From a virus: 64,000 nucleotides of DNA. The position numbers were made by a program, and so were the translations under genes. Positions 37,592-46,083 of this stretch are shown piece by piece (within the stretch, counting starts at the first letter, position 1; each line of letters opens with the position of its first letter). The notes below the pieces were generated by a model. The model did not search any database and was not told the origin of the DNA. It was given only the letters and a program-made list of their open reading frames with translations. The DNA is taken from positions 48,202 through 112,201 of the IMG/VR virus record IMGVR_UViG_3300025759_000063, one strand, 5' to 3'.

Positions 37592-40039
37592 TTATTTAAA
37601 TCCTTGTCCAAAGATTTTTTTATTTTCTTCCGCTGGTTTAATTGCTGCACCGTATCCCAAGTCAGTTCCGGTTAGTTTCTCATAACCTTTCAACACCTTA
37701 CTTTGTAAGTCTCCAATGAATTCCATACGTCCTCTTTGATCCATAAGTTTATCCATTGGGAGATAACCTTCTTTGAGATTATTTCTTTGATCGATTATTG
37801 ATGGTGCAGAAGCACGACGCATTGCTTGAATATTTGCGCCAGAAATTCCAGTTTGTGCTGCCATCAAATCATCCAATGCTTGCTCTGCAAGACGGGTATC
37901 CCAATAATTTTGATTCTCCTCTAAGAATTGCTCTCTATTTGGAGGATTGCCTCCATTTTGTGCAACAAGTTTTTCGAGAATTTTATCTAAATGTTCCATT
38001 TGATAAAGTCTATCGCGAATTTCAATTTCACTTCCTTTTAAGTAATGAGTCAGTTCTAATTCATCCAAATCATACCAACAAAGTTTCTTTCCTCCACCAC
38101 CAGGTCCACTAACTTCCCACATAAGAGGTTGGGACTTGTCCTCATGATTTTTCCACTTATATTCAAATTCGCGAACTTTTTCTTTCATTTCAATAAGCTT
38201 AAACATATATCCTGTTGCCATTATGCGACGTTCTTTTAGAATGTGTTCAAAAGAAACAGAGATATTATGAGTGTCGAGACCAATAAACTTTTCTATTTGG
38301 AAGTTAGTTCGACCCTGTGCCATTTCTTTGTCACTTTCTTCCCACTTAAGAACATTTTCAGATGCTTGACGAAGATATTCTTCATCATTCACCGCCTTTT
38401 TAGAATCTATGGGATTATAAGTCAACGCGGAAGAGTTTTCAGTAGACATAGTTTTTTCTTTCATTTTTGATTGACGTGTTGCAAAAAATATTCCTGTTTT
38501 ATAAGGCGTATTTTCTATATTATGTATAATGAAATTTTTACTTTCCAAAAATTGAATTAAATCCTTTATGGTTTTTCCTTCAATATCAAAATTTGTATGG
38601 CAAGAAGATAATTCATGATATTCACCAACAATATTCTCAATTTTCTCAATAAGACTTGAATTCATTAGTATTTCATACTCAGAACCTTCAGCATCAATTT
38701 TGAGTAGACTCACTTTCTCAAAATCTTTCAGTATGTAGTCAAGAGAAACTGTTTTTACATTTACTTCTTCAATTTTTTCTGGAAAGTCTATGGATTGTGG
38801 ATGTTTGTAAAAAGAATTTACGCCTGTGTTATAGCAATTATGGTTATAAAATATAACATTTTCTGAGTTTTCTTTCCAAACTGCTATATTATTTGCTTTC
38901 CACCCTTCATAATTCTTGAGATTTTTTAGGAGATATTCGTAGTTATTCTTATTTGCCTCATAACATGTAATATTTTTACATCCTTTATCTAAACATAACT
39001 TGGCAAAATATCCACGATGGGAACCAATATCAATAACAATATCATTTTCTGAAAATTCTTTTATTTTATATTCATTCTTTAAATATACTTCTTTATAAAT
39101 TTCAGAATCGAAACTATCTGGTTGAAAGTAAACTTGAGTAATTTGAACAATTAGATTCCTCCACTGCTCTGCAATATCTTTCCAATTGTACTTTTCTACA
39201 ACATGATCTGATATAATCTTTGAAACTTCTTTATAAAATTTAGGTTGATGATCATAATAATCAAGTGCTTTACAGCAAGCATTTGTAAAATCTATGATAA
39301 ATTTATCAGTAATTTTCCACCCACTTGAAGTGTTCTCGCCATCAATGGGAACAACTGTTGCATTTCTTTCTCCAGCAACCTCAGAAAGTGCTCCAATATT
39401 TGTAATTATTGGATAAGAACCGCAACGCATTGCTTCTCCCATTGAAACTCCAAATGTCTCCTCCCAAATACAAGGGTGGATAAAAAATGCAGATTCTTGA
39501 TATTGCTTTACTAGGTCTTCCCTATCAACTGCTTCAGAATATTCAACATTTGGTATTTTTTTTAGATGATCATAAATGCTTAAAAAATTATCTGGTCCAG
39601 GTCCATATAATGACATTGATGAAAAGATTTTAAACTTTACATCAGGATGTTGTTCTTGAATTCTTGGAATGACTTTTGCCAACACTTCCAAACCTTTATA
39701 TGGTACAGAAGTATAGATCATTGTTTTTGTTTTTTTATCTGAATAAGAAAACATATCTGCAACACCATTTGGTATTACACTGATCTTGTCTTCTGGAACA
39801 TTGTGGTGTATAATAAACTGTTCCTTATTCCATTGAGACGGAGAAACAATGTGATTTACAATATTGTGATCAAAATCTAAAAATAATGGTTGGTCATAAG
39901 CATGATGTGCCCATAAAATTTTGTATTCTTGATTTGATTTTTTTATTTCTTGTGGAATATGAGAAACAAATACATTCTCCGGAAATGAATAATGCTCTTG
40001 TAGATAAAAATAAGATGTTTCAGTTGCTCCAGATTTCAT
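37592..40039 (-). CDS. Fusion: GT4-like glycosyltransferase + FkbM methyltransferase + helical C-terminal domain
   Basis: IYTSVPYKGL...EETFGVSMGEAM..G (GT-B); VIDIGSHRG...LLKIDAEGSEYEIL (FkbM); C-terminal ~280 aa helical. Confidence 0.85.
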   Translation of the reverse strand: MKSGATETSYFYLQEHYSFPENVFVSHIPQEIKKSNQEYKILWAHHAYDQPLFLDFDHNIVNHIVSPSQWNKEQFIIHHNVPEDKISVIPNGVADMFSYSDKKTKTMIYTSVPYKGLEVLAKVIPRIQEQHPDVKFKIFSSMSLYGPGPDNFLSIYDHLKKIPNVEYSEAVDREDLVKQYQESAFFIHPCIWEETFGVSMGEAMRCGSYPIITNIGALSEVAGERNATVVPIDGENTSSGWKITDKFIIDFTNACCKALDYYDHQPKFYKEVSKIISDHVVEKYNWKDIAEQWRNLIVQITQVYFQPDSFDSEIYKEVYLKNEYKIKEFSENDIVIDIGSHRGYFAKLCLDKGCKNITCYEANKNNYEYLLKNLKNYEGWKANNIAVWKENSENVIFYNHNCYNTGVNSFYKHPQSIDFPEKIEEVNVKTVSLDYILKDFEKVSLLKIDAEGSEYEILMNSSLIEKIENIVGEYHELSSCHTNFDIEGKTIKDLIQFLESKNFIIHNIENTPYKTGIFFATRQSKMKEKTMSTENSSALTYNPIDSKKAVNDEEYLRQASENVLKWEESDKEMAQGRTNFQIEKFIGLDTHNISVSFEHILKERRIMATGYMFKLIEMKEKVREFEYKWKNHEDKSQPLMWEVSGPGGGGKKLCWYDLDELELTHYLKGSEIEIRDRLYQMEHLDKILEKLVAQNGGNPPNREQFLEENQNYWDTRLAEQALDDLMAAQTGISGANIQAMRRASAPSIIDQRNNLKEGYLPMDKLMDQRGRMEFIGDLQSKVLKGYEKLTGTDLGYGAAIKPAEENKKIFGQGFK

Positions 40040-40043
40040 AATA

Positions 40044-40697
40044 CTACCCCTGATAAATGTGATAACCTGTGTGATTTAAATGAATACTTGTGTCTAACCA
40101 AATATCATATCCTACTTGCGAAGCTCTGTAAAAAAAACTTTTGTCCTCCGACATAAACCCATTTTTGGACTTATGTTCAGCAAAATAATGATATGAGTTT
40201 CTAATTTCTCCACATGTGTGTGGAGTATCTGAATGATAGTCCGAAGGAATATATTTTAGATCTGGATATTTTCTTGCAATTTCTAAGAATACCTGGCGAT
40301 GAATGAGAACAAATCCCATTCCATTTCCATTTATTTTAAGTAAATTACCATCTCTTCTTTCTGGTTGAGATACTTCTACACAATATCTTTCCGGGATTAC
40401 CTTCATTGGATAAGCACCAGATACTATTGGAACTTGATGTGAAAGTAGTTTAATTACATCTTCAGATTCGAATCCAATATCACTATCCAAGAAGAGAAGA
40501 TAATCATGTTCTGTATTGTTAATAAAAAAATTTGCTATCTTTGACCTTGCCTGAGTAATCAAAGATGAGTTGGAAAGGGTTAACAACCCATGATTTATAT
40601 CATTTCTAATTAATGTTTTTCCTAAATTAAACAATCCAACAGTTGTCTTTTCACTTACAACCCCACCTCCGCAGGGTAATCCTATCATTATACCCAT
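40044..40697 (-). CDS. GT-A glycosyltransferase-like protein
   Basis: SLITQARS...LLFLDSDIGF...GMGFVLIHR...SEDKSFF...LNHTG. Confidence 0.8.
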   Translation of the reverse strand: MGIMIGLPCGGGVVSEKTTVGLFNLGKTLIRNDINHGLLTLSNSSLITQARSKIANFFINNTEHDYLLFLDSDIGFESEDVIKLLSHQVPIVSGAYPMKVIPERYCVEVSQPERRDGNLLKINGNGMGFVLIHRQVFLEIARKYPDLKYIPSDYHSDTPHTCGEIRNSYHYFAEHKSKNGFMSEDKSFFYRASQVGYDIWLDTSIHLNHTGYHIYQG

Positions 40698-40699
40698 AA

Positions 40700-41530
40700 T
40701 TAATAATACCTATGATTATAATTTTTCCAGTATTCTAAGTTGCTGTAGGTATTTATGATCTCTTGGGATAAAACATCTTGAGGTGATTTTGATTTTTTTT
40801 CAAGTCTTTTTCTTACATGATGCATGTCCTTGAGATACCATTGGTCATCAATCTCTCTATGAGTATTCTCAATATTGTTAAAATTGTGAGAATAGTAATC
40901 CAACTCTAAGAAATTGTAGATATCTGCCAATGTTTTTTCTGGGAAATTAATCAAATCTTCATATTCTACCATGTGTAGATATTTTTTACCATCACCCCTT
41001 ATAAAAGCTTGAGATTGAGCCCACAATGCTTGTTCGACAATCCCATCTTTACTCATCAAATAATGGCAACGATTGTCATTGTTGATTGGTAAATTATGTT
41101 CAATAAGATATTGGTCTACGAATGATACCTGATCTGAATTACGATTTATTAATTCAATGAAAGATGTCAATATTTCTGTAATATTTCTTACTGGACAGAT
41201 AATTTTGGGAAAGGGAGTGATAAAAGTTTTTATCATTTCAATGTTGTTACTCCAGGCCCGACAATGATCTATAATTATTGGTTTTTCTACTTCCACATAA
41301 TAATTGTTAATAATACTTGAAATGACTTTATGTGCGGACTTTGGTTTTGGGTATCCCAGATATTGTTCACTATCCTTAAAATACTCATTGTTATAATGAG
41401 TTAGTTCTAAAACTGGACTAACGGGTTCTGTATGGAGTATTGGATTTTGATTAAGAATACTCTTTAATAAAGTGCTTCCTGATCTTGGAAGACCCGCCAT
41501 AAAATAATATTTTTTGTTCATGTTCACCAA
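40700..41530 (-). CDS. Sulfotransferase family protein
   Basis: MAGLPRSGSTLL 5'-PAPS-binding loop; KIICPVRN...ILTS; VEYEDL. Confidence 0.85.
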   Translation of the reverse strand: MVNMNKKYYFMAGLPRSGSTLLKSILNQNPILHTEPVSPVLELTHYNNEYFKDSEQYLGYPKPKSAHKVISSIINNYYVEVEKPIIIDHCRAWSNNIEMIKTFITPFPKIICPVRNITEILTSFIELINRNSDQVSFVDQYLIEHNLPINNDNRCHYLMSKDGIVEQALWAQSQAFIRGDGKKYLHMVEYEDLINFPEKTLADIYNFLELDYYSHNFNNIENTHREIDDQWYLKDMHHVRKRLEKKSKSPQDVLSQEIINTYSNLEYWKNYNHRYY

Positions 41531-42138
41531 CCAGTGGGATTAAAAAAGAATAATTGAACTAATCGACCATTTTCTAGAGAATTGCCAAAATTATAATTAT
41601 GAGAATGCCATAAGTCAGCTCTGAATATTACAATACGATTGTAATTCATTGGGGACAATAAGTATCTAGTCCATTTTGATCTATCTAGTCCTTCTCCATA
41701 AACAGTTGTATTCCATGCTTCTTTTGATGAGAAATAACCATAATGATTTGCTTCTTTGTCTGTTTGTGGACACCTTTCCATTTTAGTTTTATTATGCATC
41801 CAAAATGAGGTCCCACCTTCATCAATAGATTGTTCTGGTGGATTGAGATAACAAACAGCACCAAATTCCCATGTCGGATCTACATGAACATCTTGGCGAT
41901 AAGAGTCTGACTCCAACGACAATCTAAAGTATCCGTTGGGTTGTGCTGGAATGAGTTTGCGATTGAGAATTGACTCAAATCTATTGTGAAGTTCTGGGGG
42001 ATAGTAGTTGTCTTGTGAATTTTTTCCTGGATATGTGTACTGATCACTGGGATCGGGATATGGTGAGTTTAATGCTATTTTTCTTATCTTATCTGGTTCA
42101 GAATAAAAACCATCAAGTATAATAATACTACGTCTCAT
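41524..42138 (-). CDS. 2OG-Fe(II) oxygenase-like protein (DUF6445-like)
   Basis: DVHVD...AVCYLNP...GGTSFW...YNRIVIF...WHS...RLVQLFF. Confidence 0.8.
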   Translation of the reverse strand: MRRSIIILDGFYSEPDKIRKIALNSPYPDPSDQYTYPGKNSQDNYYPPELHNRFESILNRKLIPAQPNGYFRLSLESDSYRQDVHVDPTWEFGAVCYLNPPEQSIDEGGTSFWMHNKTKMERCPQTDKEANHYGYFSSKEAWNTTVYGEGLDRSKWTRYLLSPMNYNRIVIFRADLWHSHNYNFGNSLENGRLVQLFFFNPTGW

Positions 42139-42178
42139 TATAAATGAATTTTATGTCATTTTATTTATGAAGAGTTTA

Positions 42179-45100
42179 TTATACTATTTGTTTTCCAGAT
42201 ACTTGTACATCTATTGTTGATGTTTGATCTACCTGAACATTTAATATATCATTAAGATTTAACCTCTTAGGGCTGCTATCTATTATTTCAACACTACCAT
42301 ATTTTGGTATTATTAGATTGTCTACTATTCTTATAGTACTTACTCCATTTGCAATACTTAAACTTATTGGATATGCGCCAGTATCTGTACGATTGGTAAG
42401 TCTTATAGATTGTATCACACTGGGATAAGTTGAAGATGTATAAATTCCAATTGGATCAGTAACTCCAATTCCAACAGTACCAAATCCAACGCCAAAATAC
42501 TCCGTGCTTGTCTTTTCTTGGTATGATACGTGTACCTCAACTACACTATCAGCACCATTTCTATCATAATCCAAACCTCTCATTGCAATTTGGTCTGAAG
42601 GATTTAATATTTGAGGCTGAATCAGAAGATCTATTCCAGTACCTGTAGGAATTGGTACGCTGTATGCAAAGTAAGATCTTTCTCCACCATTAAAATCAAA
42701 GGAACCAGTTACATTAACTTCAGTATTTCCTGCAGCAACATTTGCTGCATGTATTGAATATACTATGTATTGTTTTCCTGCTGTAGAAGGGAAGGTTATT
42801 ATTGAACCACCAATTCCAGTTAAAACTGCGGAAAAACTGCTTGTAATTCCTGTATTAAATTGATAAGAATCTACAGATTCTGCGGAAACTCCAGTTAGAT
42901 TTGAACCGTCACCATAATAAGTAACAACACCAGAAGTTGCAGTGATGATACCCGATGAAATTTGAACTGTTCCTAATGTAGAAACCCCAGAAATTTTAAT
43001 ATCACCAATGACATCTAGTTTTGATTGTGGATTTGTCGTTCCAATACCGACATTCTCAGTGCTTCCAAAAGGTGCTAACTGAATAGTTCCATCAGCATTT
43101 ACATCAATACTTGGAATACCAGAAACATCATTGACTGAGAAGATAGAACCTGATGTGAGATTATTGGTAACAGAGAACAGTTGACCAGCAGATCCCTGAA
43201 CATCAATTGCAGTAGTTCCAGTTCCAACATCAATTGTCAGTTTTGCTGTTGGAGTTGTTGTTCCAATGGAAAGTGAATCACGAACAGTTGCTGTTCCATT
43301 TACGTCAAGTGTTTGAGTTGGAATTGTGGTTCCGATACCAACTTTTCCATCAGAGATTATTCTAGCCCTTTCTGTTCCATTTGTCGCAAATGCAATTCCA
43401 TCATCAGACGCTCTAAAAATTCCAGTATTTTGATCTAACTTAAATGAAATTGATGGACTTGACTCAGTACCATCAGCAAATAATACATTATTGTTAAAGG
43501 TTGATATTCCAGTTACTGTTACACCTTGACCTACGATTAAAGTATCTTTAACGTCAACATTATTGTTAAAGGTTGATATTCCAGTTACAGTAACACCTTG
43601 ACCTACGATTAAAGTATCTTTAACGTCAACATTATTGTTAAAGGTTGATATTCCAGTTACTGTTACACCTTGACCAACTGTTAAGGTGTTATTAATGTTG
43701 ACATTATCATTAAAGGTTGATATTCCAGTTACAGTAACACCTTGACCTACGATTAAAGTATCTTTAACGTCAACATTATTGTTAAAGGTTGATATTCCAG
43801 TTACTGTTAATCCACTTCCAACAATTAAAGTATCTTTAACGTCAACATTATTGTTAAAGGTTGATATTCCAGTTACAGTAACACCTTGACCAACAGTTAA
43901 AGTGTCTCTAATATCTAAATTTGCACCTACATCAACATTAGAATTGAACGTAGAAATACCAGTTATAGTAACTCCTTGACCAACTGTTAAAGTGTTTTGG
44001 ATATCTACGGATGCATCAATATCCAAATTAGATGCAAAGGTAGAAACACCTGTTACTGTTAATCCACCACCAACAGTTAAAGTGTCTCTAATATCTACAT
44101 TTGCATTTATATCAACATTAGAATTAAAAGTAGAAATACCAGTTACGGTAACACCTTGACCAACTGTTAAAGTCTCTTGGATATCTACATTTGCATTTAT
44201 ATCCAAATTAGATGCAAAGGTAGAAACACCTGTTACTGTTAATCCACCACCAACTACTAAACTATCTTGTATATCTACATTTGCATTTATATCAACATTG
44301 GAATTGAATGTAGAGATACCTGTTACAGTAACTCCTTGACCAACAGTTAAAGTGTTTTGGATATCTACATTTGCATTTATATCAACATTATCATTAAAAG
44401 TAGAAATACCTGTTACAGTAACTCCTTGACCAACAGTTAAAGTGTTTTGGATATCTAAATTGGCATCAACATCAACAAAATCTTGGAAAGTTGTGATTCC
44501 AGTTTTTGTGTCATTTTCGTCGGACCTTAAAAACTGAGTAGAATCTACACCATCTAATGATGATGCATCTCCTGCCGACATAGAGGTAGTATCTGCCCAG
44601 GTTGCTCCAGCACCAGTTGAAACTAAAACTTGACTTGCTTGTCCTGGTTTATTTAATGCATCATAAAATTCCCCACGAATTCTGATACTTCCAGCAATAT
44701 CAAGAAGTGCTGTCGGATTAGTGGTTCCAATACCAACAGATTGAGTTGCAATTCCAGTTACACGAAGTCTTTCTTGTCCGCCAGTTTCGATGGTAAATGT
44801 GTCATCACTTGGAAATCTGATTGCAGTGTCAGTATCTCCGGTATGAACAATCTTATCTGCAACAGAAACTTCACCAGAAACGCTGAGTGTTGTGAGAGTT
44901 CCAAGACCCGTCAGTGAAGAAGCAGTTACACCAGAACCTAATGTTGTTGCAGAAAGGACTTCTGTATTGTTAATCTTATAAACTTTACCAGATTCTAAAT
45001 CTAAACTTTGAGAAAGAGTTCCAAGACCCGTCAGTGAAGAAGCAGTTACACCAGAACCTAATGTTGTTGCAGAAAGGACTTCTGTATTGTTAATCTTATA

Positions 45101-46015
45101 AACTTTACCAGACTCAATATCTAAGTCTTCAATAAGAGTTCCTAATGATGTAAGAGAAGAATTAGTAACTCCTGATCCTAATGTTGTAGAAGATAAAACT
45201 TCGGTATTGTTAATCTTATAAACTTTACCAGACTCAATATCTAAGTCTTCAATAAGAGTTCCTAATGATGTAAGAGAAGAATTAGTAACTCCTGATCCTA
45301 ATGTTGTTGCAGAAAGGACTTCTGTCTGATCGATTTGATATGCTTTGCCAGATGCTACGTTAAGATTTTCACTAGATTTTAATGAAGGATTTGTTCCTCC
45401 ATTATATTCGTAAAGGAAAGTATTATCTGGTCCTATTTTGATACCTGCACCATCGGCAAGCATATCGGATGTCGCCGTAGAGGCAATACCGACAATAAAG
45501 TCTGCAAGCTCAATTGTGGTAGAATTGATTATAGTTTCTGTTCCATCAACATATAAGTCACCCTTAATTCTAACTACGCCACTAGTAGTTCCAACACCAA
45601 CAGGCATTGGGTCAATAATTAAATTTGCAGGACCTTGAATAGTCGCAGTATCTGATGTTCCATTGAAAATAGATACACCAACCCCTGTGGTTTCAAATTT
45701 CTTAGATCCATCATTATAAAGTTCTACACTTCCACCATCATTAAATTTACCAATTGGATTTCCGTTTAAAGAACTAGAAATATTGACATCGTTACTAAAT
45801 GTAGAAACACCAGATACCCTCAGAGTCCCATTTACATCAAAATCCGATTTTGGAGAAGTTGTTCCAATTCCTATACTGTTTCCAATATAAAGATTTTGGG
45901 AAATCGTAGCATTTCCTGCAACATCCAAAGACTCCTTGGGATCTGCTGTTCCAATACCAATTCGTTGATCTTTTAAGATAAAGTCGTCAGAAAATACTAT
46001 GCGATTTTTCGCCAT
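42179..46015 (-). CDS. Tail fibre protein with internal tandem repeats
   Basis: Multiple (V/I)GIGTT.P...LDV.G motifs; beta-strand shaft repeats; late promoter upstream. Confidence 0.8.
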   Translation of the reverse strand: MAKNRIVFSDDFILKDQRIGIGTADPKESLDVAGNATISQNLYIGNSIGIGTTSPKSDFDVNGTLRVSGVSTFSNDVNISSSLNGNPIGKFNDGGSVELYNDGSKKFETTGVGVSIFNGTSDTATIQGPANLIIDPMPVGVGTTSGVVRIKGDLYVDGTETIINSTTIELADFIVGIASTATSDMLADGAGIKIGPDNTFLYEYNGGTNPSLKSSENLNVASGKAYQIDQTEVLSATTLGSGVTNSSLTSLGTLIEDLDIESGKVYKINNTEVLSSTTLGSGVTNSSLTSLGTLIEDLDIESGKVYKINNTEVLSATTLGSGVTASSLTGLGTLSQSLDLESGKVYKINNTEVLSATTLGSGVTASSLTGLGTLTTLSVSGEVSVADKIVHTGDTDTAIRFPSDDTFTIETGGQERLRVTGIATQSVGIGTTNPTALLDIAGSIRIRGEFYDALNKPGQASQVLVSTGAGATWADTTSMSAGDASSLDGVDSTQFLRSDENDTKTGITTFQDFVDVDANLDIQNTLTVGQGVTVTGISTFNDNVDINANVDIQNTLTVGQGVTVTGISTFNSNVDINANVDIQDSLVVGGGLTVTGVSTFASNLDINANVDIQETLTVGQGVTVTGISTFNSNVDINANVDIRDTLTVGGGLTVTGVSTFASNLDIDASVDIQNTLTVGQGVTITGISTFNSNVDVGANLDIRDTLTVGQGVTVTGISTFNNNVDVKDTLIVGSGLTVTGISTFNNNVDVKDTLIVGQGVTVTGISTFNDNVNINNTLTVGQGVTVTGISTFNNNVDVKDTLIVGQGVTVTGISTFNNNVDVKDTLIVGQGVTVTGISTFNNNVLFADGTESSPSISFKLDQNTGIFRASDDGIAFATNGTERARIISDGKVGIGTTIPTQTLDVNGTATVRDSLSIGTTTPTAKLTIDVGTGTTAIDVQGSAGQLFSVTNNLTSGSIFSVNDVSGIPSIDVNADGTIQLAPFGSTENVGIGTTNPQSKLDVIGDIKISGVSTLGTVQISSGIITATSGVVTYYGDGSNLTGVSAESVDSYQFNTGITSSFSAVLTGIGGSIITFPSTAGKQYIVYSIHAANVAAGNTEVNVTGSFDFNGGERSYFAYSVPIPTGTGIDLLIQPQILNPSDQIAMRGLDYDRNGADSVVEVHVSYQEKTSTEYFGVGFGTVGIGVTDPIGIYTSSTYPSVIQSIRLTNRTDTGAYPISLSIANGVSTIRIVDNLIIPKYGSVEIIDSSPKRLNLNDILNVQVDQTSTIDVQVSGKQIV
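43490..44460 (-). repeat. 24-aa and 30-aa coding repeats (TLTVGQGVTVTGISTFNxNVD)
   Basis: Near-identical 72/90-bp units inside the tail fibre gene. Confidence 0.85.
44895..45330 (-). repeat. 40-aa coding repeat x~4 (EVLSATTLGSGVTxSSLTxLGTL)
   Basis: 120-bp periodicity visible in the DNA. Confidence 0.85.
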
Positions 46016-46083
46016 TTTTAATTCTACCCTTCTATAATAGTATTTAGATTGTTATTTTTTGCAAATTGGTATTGATAAAATTA

